Positions 10,951 through 23,833 of a stretch of 64,000 nucleotides of DNA are shown piece after piece. Positions within the stretch are counted from its first letter, which is position 1. The number at the start of each line of letters is the position of its first letter. The translations under genes and the position numbers were made by a program. This DNA comes from Callorhinchus milii (lineage: Eukaryota): contig NW_024704742.1 in the NCBI RefSeq assembly GCF_018977255.1, positions 123,754,001 to 123,818,000 on the forward strand, read 5' to 3'. The notes under the pieces were generated by a model, which was given only the letters and a program-made list of their open reading frames with translations, was not told where the DNA came from and searched no databases.

Positions 10951-13900
10951 GTATGTATCAGATGATTAATTTTTAAATCAAATGATTTGCTCATTGATAA
11001 TGTACAAATGGATCATTTGATTGCCCCTTCGCACTGTCAGTTCTGCAGATACATTTCGCTAGATAGAGGTTCACTGCAGTGGTAGCCCTGTTCAAGTGAA
11101 TTAACTAACAAACAACAACCTGCAATTATATAGACCTTTCATATAGAGTACGTGTCAAAGCACTCCAGCGTCAGTGTCAGATAACCAGCAAGAAGAGTTG
11201 AGTTTAGCGCAGTCAAAGTTGAAGAGGCTTTCACGGGGAGCTTTTAAAAACAGATTGAGGCCAAGTTTGAGGGATTTAGCAATGGCGTTCCAGAGGGTAG
11301 AGATAGTAGTATTATAAAATGTAGAAAGTCTATTGAGGGTAGAGGGTATAGTGTTTGAAGACTCGGACACCGATGGTGGGGCAGAGTCAAGGAATATGTG
11401 ATAGACCAGAGTTTGTGGGCAAGTAAAGTTTAGTATTTTGAAACTTAAACAATGCTGTAATATCCTTGCAATCACTGAGTAATGGAAACTAAAGTCACTT
11501 TCCAAGTAAGGAAGAAAACACAATCACACAAATTATTTTGTCAAATTAATGCGAAAATAATGTAAACCTATTCTATCATTTATTAGAAGGAAAATTGAGG
11601 CTATCAAGTCACTAGAAAAAAATGAAAACCTGGCCAGACGCATTGCACTTGGAAAAGTTACACCAAACCTAGGTAAACAGCATATTACATTTTATGATTT
11701 TACTCATTTGTTTGTTTGTTTATTTATTTATTTATTTTGGTCAGCTGGGTGTCTGACACATGCAGAAACCCATCACATATTCAAGAGTATCCAAACCAAA
11801 CTGGGAGTTCCAAGCATCTCATCAATTTATGAGAATTCCAGAAATGTTTATTGGAATGGAATGCACACTCTCTCCCTGGAGGAACGTATCCTACTTACTG
11901 AATTCTGGAGAGGCACAGGTTGGCAGGAGCCAAAGCTTGGGGACCCCAGAGTGTGAGCTGGGATACTGCTGGGTTCTAACCAGAAAGTTTTCCATCGAGA
12001 GCATAGTCTGGCAAGCTTTCCAGCTGCTTGCCCAGCTAGAACCACCCTACCCCTTCCGGCTTTGGCTTTCAGGGTTAACATGAGCTGAATGGGAAGAGTC
12101 CTTGCCCACAGTGATTGGTTTGCCCTTCAAGTCCTGCTGATGAGCCAGACTGGCTGTGACATCAGCAGTGTCCTGGAGTGCACCCACATGGCTCAGGAAC
12201 TGGAATAGCGAGACTGCCACAGAAGATGGGCTCGGTTCTGACATTCTGTTGCCAAACTAATTGCTGTCGAAATGTCAATCGGTTTAAACTGTCCTTGAGA
12301 GTTTAAACAAAACTAAACAAAGTTTTTTCTGATAGAATGTTTTTTGAACTAACATACGTGCAAAATAATGTTCATAATAAGCTATAATGTGACAGATATT
12401 GAACAACCTACGGGACATCAAATAAATTCTTGTGAAAAAGGGTTACTGAAACTCAACAAAACCCAAAGCAATGCAGTGAGGACAGCTATGAATTCAGAAT
12501 TTACCGTGATTCAGGCACCGCCAGGTAAGACAAATTACTATATTTTTTTGTCTATCATGCAACAATCATTAAACACAATCATTAGGATGATTCCTTTCAT
12601 TTACAGTAGAATGTAGTGCATGACTGCAATGTCGGTGATTTTTTTTAGTTGTATGCATGCACCTGATATATTAAGGGTCATGATTTTAATGGAGCAGAAC
12701 TAAGAACCATCAGAGGTGGAGAGATAGATTCATTACAGACAAGTACATCATTAGAGAGGAATGCACACATACTACAGAAAGATAGAGAACCTGACACACA
12801 AATACGCACAACAACAACTTGCATTTATGTAGCACCCTCTACGCCGGGCGGCATCTCAGAATGCTTGACAATGGGGAAGGTCTTCAGGCGCGACCTGAAG
12901 ATGGGGAAGGAGGGGCGAGGTGAAGGGGCTGAGGGAGTTCCATATATTGAAGGGACCGGATGTGTTGGAGGAAGGATGTGTTGGAGGAAGGATAACTGGG
13001 GATCGAACCTGACCCCTGAGTTGTGCATGGGTTCAGAGAGTTTTAAGGACAGGTCGGGTAGGTTGAGAAGGTTGGAACCGTGGGACAGAAGATGTCGGCG
13101 AGAGCCAAAGGGTAAGGCTTCCGTCATGTTGACATTTAACTGCAGGAAATTTGCACTCGTCCAGCTCCTGATGTCCGACAGACAAGCTGACAGAACATCA
13201 GGAGACTAGGGGTCGCAGCTGGAGGTGGAAAAGTAGAGTTGAGTGTCATCCGGATACATGCAGAAGTTAATCCTGTGTCTATGGATGATATCACTGAGAG
13301 GGAGCATATAGATGAGGAAGAGAAGGGGGCCAAAGATGGATCCTTGGGGTACCCCGGAGGTGACCCGGTGGAAGCGTGAAGAAAAGCCACTTGCAGAAAT
13401 GTAGTGCTGATGGTCTGTAAGGTAGGACTCGAACCAAGCGAGTGTGGTCCCACTGAGGTGGATGATGGAGGACAGGCAGTGGAGAGGATGGCGTGATCAA
13501 CAATGTTGAACGTGGCGGAGAGGTCCGGGAGGATGAGGAGGCAGAGGGAGCCATTGTCACAGATAGAGAGGGTATTGTTTGTGACCTTCACGAGCACTGT
13601 CTCTGTACTGTGGGGAGGGCGGAAACCGGATTAGAAGGGTTCGAGTAGGGTGTCGAGGGAGAGGTGTGTGCGAAGTTGGTTGGCAACAACGCATTCCAGA
13701 GCTTTGGCAAGGAAGGGCCAGGTTTGACATAGGGTGGTAGTGGCTGAGGTTGGAGGGATCGAGGGTAGGTTTTTTAAGGAGGGGTTGATGACTGGGTTTT
13801 GAGGGATGGTGGGACTGATCCTGAGGAGACAGACTGGTTAATAGCGTCTGCCAGCAGTGGGCAGAGGAGGGGGAGCTGAGTTATCAGCAGTTGGGTGGGG

Positions 13901-16900
13901 AGACTTGGAGAGGCAGAGAAAGAGAGACAGACACACAAACACACACAGACCAAACAATTATCCCTACTGTTTTAGTATCTGCAACACCAATTGGTGCACA
14001 TATTGGGCTGTATTGAACTTTTCACAGGAATACCACAAATTAGTTGATACTTTTATTAGAGAAAATAAACACAGCTGTAATGTTCAGTTGAATTGTGTTA
14101 TTTTTATACAAGTGAAAAGCTTGCTTTTTAATGTAATGCAGTTTTCATGAAAAGTTATTTGGCTTTTTTTTATTTTGGGAAGAAGAGCATCATTTTGTTT
14201 ACATTGTCTTTGCTTTTGTAGTTAGTCTGTTTTTCTACTGCTATCCACTTTTTTGAGGATAGCCTGGCTCAGTTGTTAGCACTCTTGTTTCTGAGTCAAT
14301 ATCAATTCTTTGTGAAACATACAGCAAACCATCTCAGAGACATAGCAAGATTATGAGGCAGTTTAGCATCATGTTATGTAGATAAAAGTTACTTTTTAGT
14401 TTTTTTTCATCGTTTATTTGATCCCTATTTAAGAAATGTGCATTTTTAATTTAACAGGAACAGGGAAAAACACAGCTGGAGCCTATATCATTTTGAATTA
14501 TTTGAAACGCAACAAGCCATGTGGGATTCAATTAACTCAATCCAAACAAGTATTGAAATGTTCTCGACAGATCCTTTACTGCGGGCCATCAAACAAATCT
14601 GTTGATGTTATGGCAGGTGAAATATGAAAGTAATATCTTGTTTGAATGAGCATTATTTTTCTGAAACATGGGTATAACTGGATTAACATTTTGTATTTAC
14701 TTACCATTTAGAGCAACTACTGGAAGCAAAGTGTGATTTGTCCATACTCCGAGTTTATGATGAACGGATTGAACAACTCGCATTCCCATTGGAAGATGTG
14801 TTGATATCCAAAGAAGCAAACAGCAATGCTTACATCAAAGAGAACTTAAAGTAACTTAAGTAATGTACATTGAGTAATCCAAACCATTGACTATTCAACA
14901 GATATTAAAAATCAATAATATTAACCCATCATTATTTCTATTGTTACATAATATAATTTTTTCTAGTCAGCTGGGTGTCACACAGAAATCCGTCATGCTG
15001 CTTAAGAGTATCCAAATCAGACTGAGAGTTTTAAGGGATAATATTTAATAGCATTATTGTGATTGTGATGGAGCTATATATTATGGTTAATGGAACTCTG
15101 CTCCCATTATAAGCATGCATTACTAAGTCTGATAAATTTCCTAAAAGAGGAAAATTCACCCCTTATAAATGCAACACTGAACACCCATTCACTATAATAC
15201 CTAGATAAAACATTCAAAATAATCATGTTTGTGTTTCTTGATAGCAGCAGCAAATTGTTTTCTTTACATATTTTATAGTCTCTTACTATTAATATAACAA
15301 TGTCATAATGAAGGAAAATATGGGACTTTTTTGTTCCCTGCAGAATTACAATGCAGAGAGAAAATATATATCCAGTTACAACAAAATGAAACACGATACA
15401 CTTCAGTAATTTAAAATGCCCTGCCATGCTGACATTGTCCATTTCCCTGTGTATTTTAGCAAGCATCTTCTATGTTAATAATAAACTAAACTAAAATAAA
15501 GGTGATCAACTTTTTAAATGTTAAATTGGCTTATTAAATGTCCAGTTATGTTGTTGTCAATATTACACTGCGCCAATGGAGTACTCCTTTAATAAATAAC
15601 GTTGTTGTGCTTTACAGATGCATTGCCTTGCACTTCAAGATCCGGCAGTCCAGAACAGACTCAGCAGAACAAATAAATCAGCTTTATCAACAATTGAAAA
15701 AGAATGATTATACCAGTCCTGAAGAGAGAAAAGTAGCATACATGAAGTAAGTTAAAAGTTATTTTATTTTAGTCCACATTGTTGATTTCCCATCTCTAGA
15801 TACTAACCATGCATTAATTTCTTAAATCGGGCTCTGCCATACAGTTGGTTTATGGATATTTGCTTGTGCTGAGGGAACAACAAAGCCAGTTATGTCTCTG
15901 ATTGTCTCTGCGATATCTTGAAGTTGGTTCATATGATATGATTCATATCTCAACCTCTTACTACCAACATGAATAACTATAAGTGCCATATGACACACAA
16001 TATCATATGTTACTGAACTTGTACATTCCGTTTCTGTTAAAGAAAGATCCCACCTCCGTCAGCAATTTGTAGCAGCCAAACATACTGACATATGCAAGAA
16101 TCTCATTGTGTATATCTGTAAGCACCTTGTAACTTGAATTGCATTGTGTAAATTTTATTACTTCTCAAGTCAAGAACTAGTTAATAAAAAAATAAGTTAA
16201 AATCGCTTTGCATTCCATAGCAGGACATAGTAGTATAGTTAGCTATTATTACTTCAATTAAAAATGCCAATTTGGAAATCGTAAACTCTGAGGAAACCTC
16301 AGAAACCTTGTTAAATCCTAACTGTGGTGAATACCTATACAATACAAAATGATATTTGTATAGCACCTTTCAGATTAGGTGGATATTATTATTATTATTA
16401 CATCCATGCTCGACTATGCTAATGCCCTGCTTGTTGGCCTTCCCAACTCTTCCCTTCATAAGCTGCAGATCATCCAGAACTCTGTAGCTTATGTCTTCTC
16501 CCCCACCAGGCTCCTTGACCCCAATGCACCCACCCTCGCTCCACCGACGGCCTGAGGGGTAAGGTAGTGGTGAAGTCGGGCAATGTTGTGGAGTTGGGGG
16601 AAGGCAGAGCAGGTCATGGCATGGATGTGGGGTAGAAAGGACGGTTGAGGGTCGAACAAGACAACTAGGTTCCTGACTGGCTTGTTGAGGTGGAGTGTGC
16701 ATCCATGGATGCTGATGTGGCCAGTTCCTGAGGTGCAGAGGCGCTGGCGTGAGCCAATCAAGAGACCCTCGGTCTTGCTGACATTCAACTCTAGAAAGTT
16801 GGCTCTCATCCAGGACTTGATGTCTGACAGGCAGTAGGTCAAGATATTAGTGGCCCTGGAGTCGAGGGTAGAGGCAGAGAGATAGAGTTGGGTGCCATCC

Positions 16901-19900
16901 GTGTACATGTGAAAGTTGACTCCACGTCTGCGGACGATGTCACCAAGAGGGAGCATGTACAGGTTGAAGAGGAGAGGACCGAGGACAGAGCCCTGAGGAA
17001 CACCACACAAGATGGTGTGGGGGCTGGAGTAGAAGCTGTTCATGTTGACAAAGTCGAGCTGGTGTGAGAGATAGGATTTGAACCATTGAAAGACAGAACT
17101 TGGAAGGTTGAGGTGAGAGGAGAGGCAGTGGAGGAGGATAGAGTGGTCCACAGTGTCGAAGGCAGCAGAGAGATCAAGGAGGATGAGGAGAGAGAGGGAG
17201 CCTTGGTCACAGATGGACAGAATATCATTTGTTACCTTGACCAGGGTTGTTTCCGTGCTGTGAGCAGCACATAAACCCGATTGGAGGTGTTCGTAAAGGG
17301 AGTGGCAGGAGAGGAAGGAGTGAAGCTGGGAGGAACAACATCTTTCAAGGACCTTGGAAAGGAAAGTGAGGTTGGAGATGAGGCGGTAGTTTGTGAGCAG
17401 GGATGGGTGCAGGGAAGTTTTTTTTTAGGATAGGGGTGTTTGGGTAGGGAAGGGGTTGCACTGAATATCTGGCTTCATGGAACACATATTTTGTCAATCT
17501 AGAGATAATCTTTTCTTTGGTCTCTGCCAAGTATAATCCAATAATATAACTAAACAGCATTAAAAGCATTCTCCTTTATGAAAAATCAACAGATTCCTGC
17601 ATGCACAAAAATATAGTGTAAGGATAATTAACCTTTAGACTATCACATGCACACATAGACATTGTTAAAATAAACAAGCTTTTGACTACTTGCTACATTC
17701 CCGTTGCAATTAGACATTGAACCAATTAAAATAATCCTAATAATTTTTACCTTTAGTATGGCATCTTATCACACTGAGAGCACATATCAAAGCGCTTCAG
17801 AATGTACTGTGAAATGGAGTGACTGTGTATTTGTAGACAACAGCACAATTGTGTGCAACAATGTCCCACAAACAGCCATTAAACAAATCATCAATTTTAT
17901 TTGGGGGATTGTTGGCCAGGACACAGGGAGAAACTCCCTTCACTTTTTCAATTATGCCATGGGATCTTTAAATCCACCTGGAAAGGCAGATGGGACCCTG
18001 GTTTAATGTCACCTACAAAGGATCTCCGACGCAATGCAACACACCCCACAGCACTGCATTAGATTTTCAGCTTAGACTATGAGTTCAAGACCCGATGAGG
18101 GACTTGAACCCACAACCTTTTGACACTGAGTCAAGCTGACACACAGACTCATTACACCTGAAATTCACAAACAAATTTGATGGAAATAAAAATCACGATG
18201 CAGGAACCCGAAAGGTAAGAAATGCTCCTAAAGCATAAACTATCGGACGAGATTGTGAATTGACATTTGTATCTGCCGCTGAAGATTTCCTTCTAGGTTA
18301 TTTCTTGGTCAAGAAAAGGCCTGAAAAATGATCAGGAAACGAATCTGCTTTTGTTGGCCTTTGGGACTATAACTTTTTTTCAGGTACAGATCGAATTGTG
18401 CAATTTCAGACAGAAATTGCAATTAGTATCGTACTGACTTTCAGTTAGCAAATGCTGTAGTTTAAATACAATACATTTTTCTGAAACTGATCATTTAGAT
18501 AATTTCAAGTGAACGAAAAAGACCAAGGGCCTAAACTGTGGTTCTATACAATTTAAAACAGAGAGTAATAAGGCATTTGTGTAAAGTCCTGCACTGTACA
18601 ATCTTTTTCTGATGTCACAACAACAACAACAAGATTCCATTTATTGAGCGCCTTTCACGTCGGGAGGACGTCCCAAATGTCCATTTGAATTTAAGAAATA
18701 ATTTATCAAATTTTGATCTCAAGTTAACGATTCCATAGGAAGGATTATAATAAGAGGCATGGGGAAAGGGCATGAAAATGGTACTGAAAAGATTGCTTGT
18801 AAAGGAGCCGACACGGACGCAATGAGCCAAATGGTGTTCTTCAGTGCTGTAAATGTTCAGGTTTTATATCTGAAAAATACTATCAGGCTATGTTAATAAC
18901 CCTGGCAATTTTTAGGATTGGTTCATTTAAGGTTTTTATGTAGCCTATTGAAGTACAAATGTTAAGGTTTGATTTGTTTGCTTACAGATACAATCAGCTT
19001 GTCCACGAAGCACAAGTGAACGAAATCAAAAATCACAATATTATCTTATGCACATGCACAACTGCTGCCAGACCATTAATAAAAGAGAATACAAACTTCT
19101 TTCAGTGCATTGTGGATGACAGCGAGGCATGTACAGAGCCAGAGTGTTTGATTCCTATAGTATCCTCAAATGCAAAGCAGGTGTGTACCCCAATAAGCCT
19201 CAATTACATCAAATTTAAAGACCCAAATTCCACCTATTCTAAGCTACAAGTCCATTTTGTCTTAGCCATTCCTCTATCCGTGTTGCTACCTTTTCATTTA
19301 TTCCATGTGTTGTAATTATGTTAAGATGGCTGTGCATCATGAACTGGTTGGTTGTTTTCACGTTATTGATGTCAGAACACTTAAAAGAAAAGTTGTGGGT
19401 AATTGGATTATCAGTTTTGTCACTGAGTCACACACCAGGAAGATCCTAACTGCAACTCTTGGTATGCACAAGTTACTATATTACAGCAGGGGAGTTAGTC
19501 TTTCACAATTAGCTTCAGTATTCCAGGACTAGGGAGAGATTTCTTTCCAAATTTGTTGTTTTAACCACAATACAATGATTTCTAACGAGGCTGGGCAAGT
19601 ACTTTTCTTAGTACATTTTCCTAGAAATACACAACCACAATACTCTGTGAAGGTCTTTCAGACAGCTAGACTATACCAACCTCAAGAGAGGAAGGTTAAG
19701 AAAAGATAATTGAAGAGAGAAGAAATGTATAATGCGCTGCATTTCAGATGAGTTGCATGGCCTCCCAAAAGGAAGGGCCACTGTTAGCATATTTTCTGGA
19801 CAACTGTTGGAATAATGATTATGCATATGTCTAAATGCAGTCACATATCACAAAGGATGGCTATTTACTGTTTTTTTTAATATTCTGAGACTTGATGCAT

Positions 19901-22900
19901 ATATCTTTCATCTTAAATTTTCTACTTTAGAATGTGTCTTACTCAATATTTTAATCATCAGAATTATTAAGACTATTCATATGTTTATTACAAATTTTAT
20001 AGAAGAGCTAAAATTAATATTTTTATGATCAAAGTATAACTTGATAGTTCAGTACCTTGGGACGTCCTCCCGACTTAAAAGACTCCATATGAATGCAATT
20101 TGTTGTAGTTGTGGATAGATTGAATTTAAATTAAGATACATGAAACACGAGAATTTTGTTTTATTGGTTATTTAGTGCAAACATTTTGGGTGATGACATG
20201 ATACTTATGGTTCATTTTACCTGCATTTGGCTCACTGTTTTATTGTAGGTTGTTTTAATTGGGGATCACAAGCAATCGAGACCAGATGTGAAAAGTGAAC
20301 TGGCTAAAAATCTTGGTCTAGGAATGTCAATATTTGAGCGATATGTTTCGGATGCACTGATGCTTAATGTTCAATATCAAATGGTATGTAAAGGATTTAC
20401 TTTTACAATGATAATATTGAGATATCTACATAAAATATCTAATGTCTACTTAAAAACTCACAACAGTAAATATTATGAACAGAAATGCTCTATGGCCATA
20501 AGTAAAATCAGAATGATTCAACAAATTTTATTAAAATTCTGACCTACACATTCTTTGGATTAAGTATTGTGAATAATTTATTCCAAATCTTCAAAACTGC
20601 AGTACAAAGTAAAATCAGATACTGTAATAAAGGTTGTAAAAATATTAGACATACTGAATAAACAGTGTTATTGTACCTTATATTGAAATGTCTCCCAAAG
20701 TCCTCCTGATGCGAAAGGTGCTTTACAAATGTAATTTGTCGCTGTTGTTGTTGTCTCAATGGACTTCACACAGTGAATTATTTTAAGTATAGTGCAGGAA
20801 AAATACTGCAGAAATAACAAGATGAATATTCAATTGATTTTGTGGTCAGTAATTTTGGATGAGTGAAATATTGCCCACTGCATTGAAATTAATTGGGAGC
20901 TTATTATAATGATTGAGCTAACTTTGACAAAGCGCTGACGTGTGTTATATTTCTGGTCATTTGAAAATAAAAAAAAATGGGTAAAAATATCTGTGGAGAT
21001 CTTTAAACAGTATGCTATCTAATAAGTGCAATGATAATAATGAATCATTTATTTGTAGCACCCAGAAATCTGCACCTTTCTATCTGAAGAATTTTATCAT
21101 GGAAAACTTAAGACAGCTGAGTTAGACAAATGGAAACCTGCTCCACGAAAAGACCCACTTGGGAAGGACTGTCTAATTATGTTTCATCAGGCTGAACATT
21201 CTTGTGTAACATTTGAAGAAGGAAACAGAGCATCATGGAGTAACAGTGCAGAAGGAGCAAATGCTGTAAGAGGAGTTAACTCATGAGATTTCTATTAGTA
21301 TTATACAGTGGAAGCTGGACACATTGAGGATGGTTGTTTTGTCCGGCTTAATAGGCGTCCAAGGTTAACCGAAATACCATTCCCGCCCAGCAGAGAAGTG
21401 GCAAAGGCACCGTATAATAAAATGTACCAATGTTGTTTTATTTGCAGCGATATTAACTAACCAAATAGGACACAAAAGTATTTTAACCTAGGAGTTAAAG
21501 TTAAAATACTCTCACAGAATTCAGTAAAATATATTAAGCTTTGTTTACCTGCAAAATACTTTCCTACCCAGCACAAGAACAAGGGTAGAGTTGCCTTACG
21601 GCTCTGAGGTGAATGACAGCCTTGGAGCCGCTTGTGAATGGATGGGATCCACCCATTCACCAGCGGCTCCAGTTTGTGAATGGATGGAGTCAATTGGTAT
21701 TTGACTCCTCCCATTCCCTCCCCTCGTTTTTCCATGTTCCTCTGCCCCTTTACTGATTGACAGCCCAACTCCAGCTGCTTGTGAATGGCTGGAGTCTGCC
21801 GTCAGTCTCAATGTGACTCTTCCCATCTGTATCCCGGAGTTGCTCGTGGCTGAATGGAGCTGCTCGAGACACAGAAGGCCCAAGTGAGAATATACAGTGG
21901 TGTACCAGTGCAGTATGCTGCCTGGATTAACCAGATTTGTGTCCAAATTAACAAAGACATTTAAATCAGGTAAAAATACAAAATGAATCAGGATCGAGTG
22001 TTTTATCTGATTTACCCTTTAAATTTACCATTAAACATTAAATTATTAAAAATGAATTTATAAAAAAAATTAAACTTTAAACTCAATCCATGACTGTTTG
22101 TGGGACACTGCTGTGCACAATAGGCTGCCACACAAATATATACAGTCAATTCACTTTACAGTATATTCTGTGAAGTGCTTTGAGAAGTTTAGAAGATGTG
22201 AAGAGTGCTATATCAAATGCAAGGATTATTATTATTATTACTCTGTCTCCGGGGTTAACCGGAATCCAGCAAAATTCCACTGTATTTTGTTATTCTGTTT
22301 GTATCAAATGTAGATCTCAGTTGAAACATGAGCTGTGTTTCTTACAGTGCTCATCTTCACTTCCCATGGGGTGAAATGGTTCTTACGTCCACCCCCCCTT
22401 TTTTTTACCCTGTTACCGTACTCTGATTCTTCTCCTCCTTCAGATCCTTCTCCTCATTTAAACACTCTAACTAATTTTCCCATCCCTCTCATTTCTTACC
22501 CCCCCCACCCTGGCTTTAAAACTCATCTTATGGCATTTCTTTGATTGCACCTCTGTCAATTCCCGTGGTTCTCTTTCCAAGCTCAGGTTTCCATTATTTA
22601 AAGTGCTTTGAGGCATTCTCCCTACATATAAGGTGCTAAAAAGTCAAATTGTTGTTGTATGAGAGCATGTCAATTGTAGAGAGGACAATGAATTGTGAAA
22701 AAGAGAATAATTTTAAAATGTTGTATTTTCCTTAAGGTTAAATGGGCATTGGATCTCATTCATAAAGGCGTAAAGGAGAGAGATATTGGCATTATTACAC
22801 CCTACCAAGCCCAAGTTAGAAAGCTCAAACAAATCTTGAAGAAGAATAAGCTTAATAATATAAAAGTTTTGCCAATTCTCCACAGCAAAGGTAAGTATGA

Positions 22901-23801
22901 ATGATGAAATTAAAGTATAACGAAGAAAATGCTGTTTTTCTCTTCGTATTTGGTGATAAAGCAACAGTCTTTACACTTCTGATTAATGTTAATGATACTC
23001 TCTAAACCATTATATTTTTTATTCTGTTTCACTGAGGTTAAATACATAGGAACTAAGTTAATATATCTCTCCTTTCAACCGTGATGATTGAGTCTTTATT
23101 AATAATGTTACTCTTCCTCTTTTGCTCTTTTCCCATCCCCTCCCACATCAGGTAGGTTCTACACAATCAGCGCTCCCTCCATTACAGGCTAGTGAGTTTG
23201 ACATCTGTTTAGGGAAACATTGGAAGGTATTCTGGAGGAGAGAATAATGAAGAGTCTAGAGAACGTATAGAAATATAAGAAGTCAGGATAACTTTATACC
23301 CAGGGAGTATTCCATTCTAACAATCTATCTCTGGGATTTCCCATGTGTAGGTGGATTGCATGGAAATCAGTTTGGTTTAGATACCCTGCTGATGGATGGG
23401 TTTCCACATGCGTCAGACACCCGGCTGACAAAAAAATCATAACTTTATGGAAGAGAGACCATGTAAAACAATTCTATTGTAGCTCTTTGAAGAGATAATG
23501 GGATCTCCTGTAGCTCAGTGGTTAGAGCACTCGCTTTGCAAGTGAGAGACCCGAGTTCAATTCCAGGCAGGGCGAAACCTTGGGCAAGTTTCCTTACTCC
23601 ACACGCCTAATAATAATCCCTCCAAAACCAAAACAATAATAAATTGGTCATTTTCAATCTACGACTGTTTGTGGGACATTGCTGTGCGCAATTGGCTGCC
23701 GCGTTCGCCCACAAATATACAGTCAATTCACTTTACAGTGTGTTCTGTGAAGCGCTTTGGGACGTCCTCCCGACGTGAAAAGCGCTATATCAAATGCAAG
23801 G

Positions 23802-23833
<32 letters not shown>

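Noticed and set aside
7814..10969. Standalone intronless RNase R/Dis3-like or horizontally acquired gene
   Set aside because: A donor at 10951 splices in frame to eleven further exons with HELZ2-type helicase sequence.
23500..23575. tRNA-Ala(TGC)-like sequence, also at about 26999 and 60382
   Set aside because: It continues directly into a SINE core and L2-like tail and has an imperfect acceptor stem; it is a SINE head, not a tRNA gene.
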